Source: an uncultured Christensenella sp. (GTDB lineage: Bacteria; Bacillota; Clostridia; Christensenellales; CAG-138). Taken from it: a stretch of DNA of 64,000 nt. The translations under genes were made by a program, and so were the position numbers. Under the pieces are notes generated by a model. It ran no database searches and had not been told where the DNA came from. It was given only the letters and a program-made list of their open reading frames with translations. Shown piece after piece: positions 45,563 to 54,469 of the stretch. The stretch covers positions 8,361-72,360 of the forward strand of contig CAYLIG010000001.1 of NCBI GenBank assembly GCA_964383635.1, read 5' to 3'. The first letter of the stretch is position 1, and every line of letters starts with the position of its first letter.

Positions 45563-47290
45563 TTACGCCACCCCCTTTTGCTGCGAAGTGTAGACTTCGC
45601 GATAGATTTCGTTGGTTGCCATAAGCTCCTCGTGGGTGCCCACGCCGTTGATGGCGCCGTCGTTGAGCACCACGATGCGGTCCGCGTCCATCACGGAGGT
45701 GATGCGCTGGGCGATGATGATCGTCGTCGCGTCCCCGTGCTTTTCGGCAAACGCCGCGCGGATGGCCGCGTCCGTCGCGGTGTCCACCGCGCTGGTCGAG
45801 TCGTCCAGAATCAGTATCTTCGGGTTTTTCACGAGCGCCCGCGCGATGCAGAGGCGCTGCTTTTGCCCGCCGGAGACGTTGACCCCGCCCTGGCCGAGCA
45901 TCGTGTCGTAGCCGTCCGGGAAGGAACGGATGAAGCTGTCCGCCTGCGCCGCCTGGCACGCGGCGACGAGCTCGTCGTCCGTCGCGTCCGGGTTGCCCCA
46001 GCGGAGATTTTCCTTGATCGTGCCGGAAAACAGCACGTTTTTCTGGAGCACCATGCCGATGGCGGCGCGCAGCGTGTCGATTTTATAGCTGCGCACGTCG
46101 TGATTACCGACGAGCAGCTCGCCGGAGAGCACCTCATATAGCCGCGGAATCAGCTGCACCAGCGTGGTCTTGGCCGAGCCGGACCCGCCGATGACGCCTA
46201 TGGTTTCGCCGGAGCGGATCGAAAGATTGACGTTTGAAAGCGTGAGGTTTTGCTTGTCTTCGGCGTAGCTGAAGCTCACGCTGCGAAACTCCACGCTGCC
46301 GTCGGCAACCGTCAGCGATGCGTCCGCGCCGTCGTCGTTGATGGCGGGCGTTTCGTCCAGAACCTCGATGATTCGCTTGGCGGAGGCGCTGGATAGCACG
46401 ATGTTGACGAACACCATCATGATCATCATCAGGGACATGAGAATCTGCGTGATGTAGCTGATGAAGCTCATCAGCTGGCCGGTCATGAGATTGCCCGCAA
46501 GGATATCCCGCCCGCCGACATAGAGCACGAGCAGGATGCTCGCATACATCGTCAGCTGCATAAACGGCATGGTGATGACGAGCACCTTCTCCGCGCGGCG
46601 CTGTGCGGTCTTAAGCGCGGCGGCCGCGTCCTTGAATTTTACGGACTCATAGTCTCCGCGGACAAACGCCTTGACCACGCGGATGGCGACGAGATTTTCC
46701 TGCGTGCGCGCGTTCATGCTGTCATATTTTTTCAGCATCGCCTCAAAGCGCGGAAACGCGATTTTGGTCAGCAGCGCCATCATGCCCGCCAGAATGGGAA
46801 TCGCGCTGAGGATGATGACCGAAAGCCGCGGACTGATGCGATATGCCATCACCGTCGCGAGGATGAGCATAAACGGCGCGCGCGCGAGCATGCGGATGAT
46901 CATCTGAAATGCGTTTTGAATATTGTTGACGTCGTTGGTCAGCCGCGTGATGAGCGACGGGGTCGTGAAGCGGTCCGTATTCTTAAAGGAAAACGACTCG
47001 ATCTTTTCGAACAGACCTTTTCTGAGGTTTTTCGCCATGCCGTTGCTGGCAACGACCGCAACGCGCGCGCAGAGCGCGCCGAAGATGAGCGCGCCGACGG
47101 CCATGAGCACCATGAGTCCGCCCATCTTGAGGATGTAGCCGAAATCCTGGTTGGGGATGCCGACGTCCACTATCTTGCCCATGTAGAGCGGAATGAACAC
47201 CTCCAGCACCACCTCGAAAAGAACGAGGATGGGCGAGAGGAGCGCCTGCGTCTTATATTTGCCAATAAAGGCGGAGAGTTTTTTAATCAT
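45563..47290 (-). CDS. ABC exporter half-transporter (TMD-NBD), degenerate-site subunit
   Basis: Walker A GGSGSAKTT, signature VSGGQKQR, and Walker B ILILDDSTSAVD (catalytic Glu replaced by Asp). Its stop lies immediately before the partner gene's start. Confidence 0.85.
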   Translation of the reverse strand: MIKKLSAFIGKYKTQALLSPILVLFEVVLEVFIPLYMGKIVDVGIPNQDFGYILKMGGLMVLMAVGALIFGALCARVAVVASNGMAKNLRKGLFEKIESFSFKNTDRFTTPSLITRLTNDVNNIQNAFQMIIRMLARAPFMLILATVMAYRISPRLSVIILSAIPILAGMMALLTKIAFPRFEAMLKKYDSMNARTQENLVAIRVVKAFVRGDYESVKFKDAAAALKTAQRRAEKVLVITMPFMQLTMYASILLVLYVGGRDILAGNLMTGQLMSFISYITQILMSLMMIMMVFVNIVLSSASAKRIIEVLDETPAINDDGADASLTVADGSVEFRSVSFSYAEDKQNLTLSNVNLSIRSGETIGVIGGSGSAKTTLVQLIPRLYEVLSGELLVGNHDVRSYKIDTLRAAIGMVLQKNVLFSGTIKENLRWGNPDATDDELVAACQAAQADSFIRSFPDGYDTMLGQGGVNVSGGQKQRLCIARALVKNPKILILDDSTSAVDTATDAAIRAAFAEKHGDATTIIIAQRITSVMDADRIVVLNDGAINGVGTHEELMATNEIYREVYTSQQKGVA

Positions 47291-47341
47291 GCGTCTTATA
47301 GTTCCTTCATAAAATTGGAATGCTTTCCTCGGTTCCTGCGG

Positions 47342-47818
47342 TTAAGGAAGGCAGTGCTTATACGCGCCGTCCATTGAGGCGAGCATCGCAAGGTCTTCCT
47401 CGGTTGCTATATTTTGAATCATGCGGTTTAGCATGTTCTCGAGCAGCGCCATTTCCTCCTCGGAAAACCCGGCGAACGTCTCGCGGTCCACGCGGTCCGC
47501 CAGCGTGCGAAACGAGTTCACGACCTCCTGCCCGGCGGGAGTGATGCGAAGACGGTTTTTGCGCAGATTGTCCGGGTCGCTGGTCTTTTCCAGAAGGCCG
47601 GCGCTCTGCAGGCGTTTGGTCGACTGCGCGACCGAAGCGGGGGAGACAAAGAGCATGGCCGCGAGATCCTGCTGCGTCGCGTCAGGGTGATTGCTCAGGT
47701 AGTTCAGCAGCGGGTATTGCCCCGGCACGATGTCGTGCTCGCTGTTTGCTCCGTGCATCAGCCTGCGGCGCAGCAGATTCAGCAGCATGACGCGCTTTCC
47801 CAGTGCATGCAGTTCCAA
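47342..47818 (-). CDS. MarR family transcriptional regulator
   Basis: TTG 47818 after AAGGAGGAA. The winged-helix region QQDLAAMLFVSPASVAQSTKRLQSAGLLEKTSDPDNLRKNRLRITPAG is typical of MarR. Confidence 0.85.
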   Translation of the reverse strand: MELHALGKRVMLLNLLRRRLMHGANSEHDIVPGQYPLLNYLSNHPDATQQDLAAMLFVSPASVAQSTKRLQSAGLLEKTSDPDNLRKNRLRITPAGQEVVNSFRTLADRVDRETFAGFSEEEMALLENMLNRMIQNIATEEDLAMLASMDGAYKHCLP

Positions 47819-47844
47819 GTGGATTCCTCCTTAGTTCAGAATAA

Positions 47845-47863
47845 TTAACCGTTTAACAGTTAA
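47845..47863. promoter_or_regulatory. Candidate MarR operator (TTAAC-CGT-TTAACAGTTAA)
   Basis: 11-bp palindrome TTAACAGTTAA at 47853-47863 plus an extra TTAAC at 47845-47849. Located between the marR promoter -10 and the SD. Confidence 0.45.
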
Positions 47864-47872
47864 GCGCTTATC

Positions 47873-47923
47873 AATATAACAGGCGGGCTTTTTATTGTCA
47901 AGTTTCTTTTTAGATGGTATGAT
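47873..47923. promoter_or_regulatory. Back-to-back divergent promoters sharing the -35 region (marR operon on minus, hflX on plus)
   Basis: Minus strand: TTGACA (47896-47901)-17-TATATT (47873-47878). Plus strand: TTGTCA (47895-47900)-17-TGgTATGAT (47915-47923). Confidence 0.55.
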
Positions 47924-48000
47924 ACGCGTAAGCGCAAAAAACGCCGCAAATCCGGCGAAAAACGCAATTGTGAAGAAACGGAAACATTCAGAAAACACGC

Positions 48001-49767
48001 ATGAAACATGAGATTCACGGCAACGTCGGCGGCATTCGGGACATCGTGCTCAACGAGATGCTGCTGCTTTACGACATGGAGATGTCGGCGGACGAGTTCC
48101 TCTCCGACGAGGTCTGCGACGCGCTGGTGCGCTTTACGTCCATCATCAACCGCGAGGTGCTCGTCTACGTTTCCCGCGTCGGCAAGATCGAGGACGTTCG
48201 CGTGGGGGACGACCACTCCGTGCATATGGACGAGATGCGCCTTGTGCGCAACATCGACCGTCTCAGCGGCGTTCGGTGCATCCACACGCACCCGAACGAC
48301 ACGGGGTACCTTTCGGATGTGGATATCGGTTCGCTCAACGCGCTGCGCCTCGACGCGATGTGCGCCATCGGCGTCAGGGAAGGCCGCGCGAGCAGTGTTT
48401 ACGCCGCGTTCATCGGGGACATGGAGGGCGAGGAGCGCGTGCCCGTCTGGTACGGGCCGATGCGCGCGCACCATCTGCCGCAAAGGCAGCTCATGGACGC
48501 GATTACGGAGGCAGACAAGCGGCTTTTAACCGACACGTACAATATCATCGAGATCAAGCCCGACCGTGCGGTACTTGCGGGAATCGAATCCTCGGACGGC
48601 TACGACACGCTCTCCGAGCTGGCGGAGCTCTGTGAGACGGCCGGCATCAAGGTTGTCGCCAGGGAACAGCAGCGCCGGCGCGCCGTGGACGCGGCGACCT
48701 ACATCGGCAGCGGAAAGGCGGAGGAACTCGCGCTGACCGCGTCCGCCTGCGAGGCGGATATCTTCGTCTTCGACGACGAACTCACCGCCGTGCAGCTTCG
48801 AAATCTCGAGCGGATACTGGGGCTGCCGATCGTCGATCGCACGATGCTGATTCTGGACATCTTCGCCCAGCGCGCGCAGTCGCGCGAGGGCAAGCTGCAG
48901 GTGGAGCTTGCGCAGCTCAAATACCGTCTGCCGCGGCTTCTTGGCATGGGCAAGGTGCTTTCGCGGCAGGGCGCTTCCGGCGTCGGCATGCGCGGGCCCG
49001 GCGAAAAAAAGCTGGAAATCGACCGCAGACGCATCAGACGACGTGTCTTTGAGCTGGAGCAGGAGCTTGCGGAGATTGAAAAACAGCGGGGGCTCAGACG
49101 CGCCAAGCGCGCGGCGAACCCGATTCCCGTCGTCGCGCTCGTCGGCTACACCAACGCGGGCAAGTCGACGCTTCTAAATCTGCTCTCCGGCGCGGACGCG
49201 CTGGCGGAGGACAAGCTCTTTGCAACGCTCGATCCCATCGTGCGAAAGGTCACGCTGCCAAACGGTACGGAGTGCCTCATCAGCGATACGGTCGGGTTCA
49301 TCAACAAGCTGCCGCACGATCTCGTGAACGCGTTTCGCTCCACGCTGGACGAGGTCTGCGACGCGGACCTGATCCTGCACGTCGTGGACTGTTCCAGCGA
49401 CTACTACGAGGTGCAGATGCGCGTGGTGGAGGAGGTGCTCGGTTCGCTCGGCGCGCTGGAAACGCCGCGCGTCGAGGTCTACAACAAGATCGATAAACCC
49501 GAGGCCAAGCCAAAGAACAACGGCGGCGTCGCCATCAGCGCGGCGCTGGGCACGGGCGCAGACGAACTGCTGCGCGCCATAGAGGAGGCGCTTGCCAAAA
49601 CCCAGGTGCGTCTGGAAATCGTCGTGCCGTATGAAAAATACGCCGCGCTGCAGATGATCCGCCAGACGGCGACCATCCTTTCGGAAACGCACGAGGAGGA
49701 CGGCACGCATATGACGCTGCTGATCAACGAAAGCGAAACCTGGCGCATCAAAAAGGCGATCTCCTGA
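48001..49767 (+). CDS. hflX: GTPase HflX with N-terminal JAB/MPN-like extension
   Basis: HflX core: LAQLKYRLPRL, GPGEKKLEIDRR, G1 GYTNAGKST, G3 DTVGF, G4 NKID. The first ~180 aa are extra and contain HTHPNDTGYLSDVD. Confidence 0.85.
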   Translation: MKHEIHGNVGGIRDIVLNEMLLLYDMEMSADEFLSDEVCDALVRFTSIINREVLVYVSRVGKIEDVRVGDDHSVHMDEMRLVRNIDRLSGVRCIHTHPNDTGYLSDVDIGSLNALRLDAMCAIGVREGRASSVYAAFIGDMEGEERVPVWYGPMRAHHLPQRQLMDAITEADKRLLTDTYNIIEIKPDRAVLAGIESSDGYDTLSELAELCETAGIKVVAREQQRRRAVDAATYIGSGKAEELALTASACEADIFVFDDELTAVQLRNLERILGLPIVDRTMLILDIFAQRAQSREGKLQVELAQLKYRLPRLLGMGKVLSRQGASGVGMRGPGEKKLEIDRRRIRRRVFELEQELAEIEKQRGLRRAKRAANPIPVVALVGYTNAGKSTLLNLLSGADALAEDKLFATLDPIVRKVTLPNGTECLISDTVGFINKLPHDLVNAFRSTLDEVCDADLILHVVDCSSDYYEVQMRVVEEVLGSLGALETPRVEVYNKIDKPEAKPKNNGGVAISAALGTGADELLRAIEEALAKTQVRLEIVVPYEKYAALQMIRQTATILSETHEEDGTHMTLLINESETWRIKKAIS

Positions 49768-49826
49768 ATAGAAGACGGACGACGCTCCGGTTTATTGCAT
49801 GAAACGCCGGAAATTTGAACATCACA

Positions 49827-49850
49827 AAAGCCGCCCCGCGGGGCGGCTTT
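49827..49850. terminator. Bidirectional intrinsic terminator (hflX / nadE)
   Basis: AAAGCCGCCCC-GC-GGGGCGGCTTT. Confidence 0.75.
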
Positions 49851-49871
49851 GCCATATGCGTCAGTGTGTTG

Positions 49872-51758
49872 TTATTGAAAGGCGCTGGGCTGCGCGTCGC
49901 TCGGCATGCGCCAGTCTCCGCGCGGGGAGAGCGCGACGTTGCCGATGCGCGGGCCGTCCGGGATGCAGTTGCGCTTGAACTGCTGGGAGAAAAAGCGGCG
50001 GATGAACAGCGCGTACCATTTTTCGATGGTCGCGTCGTCGTAATCCCCGTCAAAGGCGTACTTCGCCAGACGGATAATTTTTCCCTTGCCCGCGCCGCGG
50101 CGAATCATGTGGTAGAGGAAAAAATCATGCAGTTCGTACGGCCCGATGAGATCCTCCGTCACCTGCGCGATGGCGCCGTCCTTGGTCGGCAGCAGCTCGG
50201 GGCTCACCGGCGTGTCGACGATGTCGATCAGCACATCCCGCAGCGCGTCGCCGGATTTGCCCGCGATGTGGCGCAGCATGGCGCGAATCAGCGTCTTCGG
50301 CACGTCCGCGTTGACGCCGTAACTGGACATATGGTCGCCGTTAAACGTTGCAAATCCCAGCGCGAGCTCGCTCAAATCGCCTGTGCCGATCACGAGGCCG
50401 TTATACATGTTGGCAAGGTCCATGAGCACCTGCGTGCGCTCGCGCGCCTGCGCGTTTTCATAGGCCGCGTCGTGCAGGTCCATCGAATGGCCGATGTCCG
50501 AAAGGTGCTGCTTCACGCTCTCGCCGATCTGGATTTCGCGCATCGTTATGCCCAGCGCGTTGCAGAGTTTTTCCGCGTTGCCGCGCGTGCGGCTCGAGGT
50601 GCCAAAGCACGGCATCGTGACCGCGACGACGTCCTCCGCAGGGCGATCAAGCAGGGCGAGCGCTTCTTTTGCGACGATGAGCGCGAGCGTGGAGTCCACG
50701 CCGCCGGACACGCCGATGAGCAGCTTCTTCGCGTTTGTGTGCTTGATACGCTGCTTGAGGCCGTGACTCTGTATGGCGAGCACCTGATCAAAGCGCGTCG
50801 CCGCGCTTTCGGGGATATCCGGCACAAACGGGGTTTTCCAGAAGTTTCGCGTGAGTTTGGTTTGAGAAACGTCCATTGAAAACGGGATGCGCAGGATGTC
50901 CGTGTTGTCGAAGAGCTTTCGCGCAAAGCGCCTGCGCTCGCGGGAGAGAAACTCGAGATCGACCTCGCTGGCGCAATAGCCCTCGCCAAACGGCTTTGAC
51001 TCCGCGAGAAACACGCCGTTTTCGCAGATCATGTCGTGGCCGGAGAAGACCACGTCCGTGGTGCTCTCACCGTTGCCCGCGCTGCAGAAGACATAGGCGG
51101 AGTTTGTGCGCGAGCTTTGGGACTGCACGAGCACGCGGCGGTAGTCCACCTTGGTGACCGCTTCGTCGCTCGCGCTGAGGTTGAGAAGAATGTTTGCGCC
51201 GCAGTCCGCCAGCAGCGTGGACGGGGGTACCGCCGCCCAGAGGTCTTCGCAGATCTCCACGCCGACGTTGAAGAGCGGCATTTCGCGACAGCAGAACACG
51301 AGACGGTTGCCAAACGGCGCCTTCTGGCCGAAGAGCTCCATCTCCTCGATGGTCTCCAGCGCGGCGGCGTAGGTGCGCTTTTCATAAAACTCGCCGTAGT
51401 TGCCGAGATGCGTCTTGGGGATAACCCCCAGCACGCGCCCGTTTTGCACGACGGCGGCGCAGTTGTAGAGCAGATGCCCGAATACGATCGGCACGCCGAT
51501 GGCGACGAGCATGTCGCTGCCGCTCGTTGCGCGCGTAATGCGCTCCAGCGCGAGCATCGCCCTGTCCGTCAGCGCGGTGCTGAGCACGAGATCGCCTGAC
51601 GTGTAGCCGACGATGACGAGCTCCGGCAGCACGAGCACCTTGACGCCGTCCGCTTCCGCGCGGCGGATGATGCCGATGACCGCGTCCGCGTTGTACTCGC
51701 AGTCCGCAACCCGTATCTCCGGCGTTCCGGCGGCAACCTTGACAAATCCGTCTTTCAT
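49872..51758 (-). CDS. nadE: Glutamine-dependent NAD+ synthetase (nitrilase domain + NAD synthetase domain)
   Basis: ATG 51758 after GGAGAAAAAG. N-terminal CN-hydrolase domain (VLVLPEL...EICEDLW). C-terminal SGGVDST PP-loop. Confidence 0.9.
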   Translation of the reverse strand: MKDGFVKVAAGTPEIRVADCEYNADAVIGIIRRAEADGVKVLVLPELVIVGYTSGDLVLSTALTDRAMLALERITRATSGSDMLVAIGVPIVFGHLLYNCAAVVQNGRVLGVIPKTHLGNYGEFYEKRTYAAALETIEEMELFGQKAPFGNRLVFCCREMPLFNVGVEICEDLWAAVPPSTLLADCGANILLNLSASDEAVTKVDYRRVLVQSQSSRTNSAYVFCSAGNGESTTDVVFSGHDMICENGVFLAESKPFGEGYCASEVDLEFLSRERRRFARKLFDNTDILRIPFSMDVSQTKLTRNFWKTPFVPDIPESAATRFDQVLAIQSHGLKQRIKHTNAKKLLIGVSGGVDSTLALIVAKEALALLDRPAEDVVAVTMPCFGTSSRTRGNAEKLCNALGITMREIQIGESVKQHLSDIGHSMDLHDAAYENAQARERTQVLMDLANMYNGLVIGTGDLSELALGFATFNGDHMSSYGVNADVPKTLIRAMLRHIAGKSGDALRDVLIDIVDTPVSPELLPTKDGAIAQVTEDLIGPYELHDFFLYHMIRRGAGKGKIIRLAKYAFDGDYDDATIEKWYALFIRRFFSQQFKRNCIPDGPRIGNVALSPRGDWRMPSDAQPSAFQ

Positions 51759-51806
51759 ACCGTTTCTTTTTCTCCGATCGTTTGTGTGCAAAGATTTCCC
51801 ATGCTC

Positions 51807-51835
51807 ATTTTATGGCAGGACCGGGGTGATGTCAA
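51807..51835 (-). promoter_or_regulatory. nadE promoter TTGACA-17-TAAAAT
   Basis: Minus strand reads TTGACA tcaccccggtcctgcca TAAAAT. Confidence 0.55.
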
Positions 51836-51970
51836 TTCTCACGCGCGCGCAGGCTTGTGTAAAACATGAACTGTTCGCAGCCTTTGAACGCGTGCGTTGC
51901 AATGTTTGCGCGCGGCGGATTTTGTAAAGCCGCCGTCTGCGCATCGTAACAATATTGTGAAATCGGGTCG

Positions 51971-51984
51971 GATTGCGCGCAATC
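51971..51984. promoter_or_regulatory. Perfect 14-bp palindrome GATTGCGCGCAATC at the -35 position of the ABC-transporter promoter
   Basis: The palindrome lies 25 nt upstream of the extended -10 TGgTATAAT (52007-52015). Confidence 0.35.
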
Positions 51985-52085
51985 GATACCGTCAAACTGA
52001 TATCTATGGTATAATGGCAGGGAAAATTTGCCCTGAAGCGCAGGCGAAGATTCGCGCGGCTCAGGGGGGGCGCAAGGAGTACCGT

Positions 52086-52799
52086 ATGCTGAGCATTGAA
52101 CATCTGACAAAATCCTATGGCGGAGGCGTAAAGGCCGTGGACGACCTTTCGCTGAGCGTACTGCCGGGGGATATCTACGGTTTTATCGGCCACAACGGCG
52201 CGGGCAAGACCACGACGCTGCGCGCGGTTGCGGGGATTCTCTCGTTTGACAGCGGGACGATCACCGTTGACGGAAAGAGCATTGAAAAAGAGCCGATCGC
52301 CTGCAAGCGCGAGATGGCTTATATTCCGGATAATCCCGATCTCTACGAGCACCTGACGGGCATTCAGTATCTCAACTTCGTCGCGGATATCTATGGCGTG
52401 AGCGCGAGCCTGCGGGACGAGCGGATCAAGCGCTACGCCGACGCGTTTGAAATGACGCCGCGGCTCAACGACCTCATCGGCAGCTGCTCCCACGGCATGA
52501 AGCAGAAGATCGCGGTGATCTCCGCGCTGATCCACAGCCCGAAGCTGCTGCTGCTGGACGAGCCGTTTGTCGGTCTCGATCCCAAGGCGTCCCATACGCT
52601 TAAGGGCATCATGAAGGAGCTCTGCGACGGCGGAAGCGCGATCTTTTTTTCGACGCACGTGCTTGAGGTTGCGGAGAAGCTCAGCAACAAGATCGCCATC
52701 ATTAAAGACGGGCGCATCGTCGCGGCGGGGGACATGGACAAGGTCAAGGGCGACGACTCGCTTGAGACGCTGTTTTTGGAGTTGACGGAACATGCGTGA
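52086..52799 (+). CDS. ABC transporter ATP-binding protein (ABC-2/DrrA-like)
   Basis: ATG 52086 after AAGGAG. Walker A GHNGAGKTT, signature CSHGMKQK (degenerate LSGGQ), Walker B LLLLDEPFVGLD. Confidence 0.85.
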   Translation: MLSIEHLTKSYGGGVKAVDDLSLSVLPGDIYGFIGHNGAGKTTTLRAVAGILSFDSGTITVDGKSIEKEPIACKREMAYIPDNPDLYEHLTGIQYLNFVADIYGVSASLRDERIKRYADAFEMTPRLNDLIGSCSHGMKQKIAVISALIHSPKLLLLDEPFVGLDPKASHTLKGIMKELCDGGSAIFFSTHVLEVAEKLSNKIAIIKDGRIVAAGDMDKVKGDDSLETLFLELTEHA

Positions 52800-54396
52800 A
52801 TTCTGGATATTGACCAGGCTGCAGATCAGCTCTCTGTTCGGGATCAACAAGATCCGGCACATGAAAAACGAAGAGGAAAAGAAACTCGGCAAGCGTTCGC
52901 TCGGCGGCCTGGTCGCGATGGTCGTCGCGCTGGGCTACGTTTCCGTGTTTTACAGCATCATGCTGGCAAACGCGTTTGCCATGTTCGGCATGTTGCCGAC
53001 GCTGCTTGGCATCATGGCGCTCGCGTCGAGCCTGCTTGTGCTGATGTTTTCCATCTTTGAAACCAAAGGCGTGCTCTTTGGCTTTGGGGACTATGACGTC
53101 GTCATGAGCTGGCCGGTGGATGTCCGCGCGGTCGCGGCGAGCCGGGTGTTCAGCATGTACGCCTACAACTTCATCTACGCGGCGCTGCTGCTGCTGCCCG
53201 CCGGGGTCGTCTACGCGGTCAAGGCCGCGCCCGCATGGTGGTTTTATCCGCTGTTTCCGGTGCTGGTGCTGCTCTTGCCCGCGCTGCCGACCATCGTCGG
53301 CGCGCTGCTGGGCACGGGGCTGACCGTGATCACCGCGCGGATGAAGAAAAAGAACAACCTCATGAGCATCCTGCTGCAGATGGCGCTGGTCATCGGCATC
53401 ATGGCGATCTCGATGCGCGGCGGTTCAACGGTTGCGGATCCCGCGAAGCTGGCGGACAGCGCGACGGCCATTTCCGGCATGATTGGAAACGCGTATCCGC
53501 CCGCTGTGTGGTTTCAAAACGCGCTTTCGACCGGTTCGCCGGCCGATATCCTCTGGCTGCTGCTGCTCACCGCGGCGTCGGTCGGGCTATTGATGCTCTG
53601 GCTTGGCAAAAACTTCGTTTCGATCAACTCGCGCATCAAGAGCAAACCGCGCGGCGAGACGTTCGTCATGCGCAAACAGGTACGCTCCGGCAAGGTGACC
53701 GCGCTCTTTAAGCGTGAACTGTCCCGTTATTTCAGCTCGACACTGTACGTCGTCAATACGGCGTTCGGGTATGTCATGCTGCTTGCAGCTGGCGTCGCGC
53801 TGCTCGTCAAGGCGGACGCATTGAATCAGTTTATGGCCGAACAGGACATCCCGCTTGCCGGGGCGCTGGCTGCGCTGCCGTTTCTGCTCGGCTGGATTGT
53901 GTCCATGGGTTCAACGACGCCCAGCGCCGTCTCGATGGAGGGTAAATCGCTCTGGATCGTCAAGAGCCTGCCCGTATCCGCGCGGGATTGGTTTGCCTCC
54001 AAGCTGATGGTAACGCTAATGATGGCGGTTCCGAGCATTCTCATAGCAAGCACGCTGATCGTCATCGGGATTCGTCCGGGATTTGCGGATGCGCTCTGGC
54101 TCTACCTGCTGCCGCTTGCGTATGCGTTTGCGTTCGGGGTGTTCGGCCTTTGGATCAACATGCGTATGCCACGGCTGGACTGGCAGAACGAGGCGGAGGT
54201 GGTCAAGCAGGGCGGCGCGACCATGGTTAGCGTGTTTTCCGGCATGGGACTGGGTTTCGGTCCGGCAATTCTGGCGGGGGTGACCGGTAGCGCGCTGGTA
54301 AAGCCGATTATGTTTTTCGCGCTGGTCGTCGCGGGGCTGCTGTTCTGGCGTTCGCTCACGACGGACGGGGAGCGCAGGCTTCTGCTGCTGCACTGA
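52792..54396 (+). CDS. Putative ABC exporter permease (large multi-TM, ABC_export-like)
   Basis: 8-nt overlap with the ATPase gene. 534 aa with more than 10 hydrophobic spans. Family assigned from context. Confidence 0.65.
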   Translation: MREFWILTRLQISSLFGINKIRHMKNEEEKKLGKRSLGGLVAMVVALGYVSVFYSIMLANAFAMFGMLPTLLGIMALASSLLVLMFSIFETKGVLFGFGDYDVVMSWPVDVRAVAASRVFSMYAYNFIYAALLLLPAGVVYAVKAAPAWWFYPLFPVLVLLLPALPTIVGALLGTGLTVITARMKKKNNLMSILLQMALVIGIMAISMRGGSTVADPAKLADSATAISGMIGNAYPPAVWFQNALSTGSPADILWLLLLTAASVGLLMLWLGKNFVSINSRIKSKPRGETFVMRKQVRSGKVTALFKRELSRYFSSTLYVVNTAFGYVMLLAAGVALLVKADALNQFMAEQDIPLAGALAALPFLLGWIVSMGSTTPSAVSMEGKSLWIVKSLPVSARDWFASKLMVTLMMAVPSILIASTLIVIGIRPGFADALWLYLLPLAYAFAFGVFGLWINMRMPRLDWQNEAEVVKQGGATMVSVFSGMGLGFGPAILAGVTGSALVKPIMFFALVVAGLLFWRSLTTDGERRLLLLH

Positions 54397-54418
54397 ATAT
54401 AGCGTGAGAGTAAAATAA

Positions 54419-54448
54419 CATCCCGCGGGGTTTCCCCGCGGGATGTTT
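54419..54448. terminator. Bidirectional intrinsic terminator
   Basis: CATCCCGCGGGG-TTT-CCCCGCGGGATG, a 12-bp stem. Confidence 0.75.
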
Positions 54449-54469
54449 GACGTGCGATCAAATGCGAAC

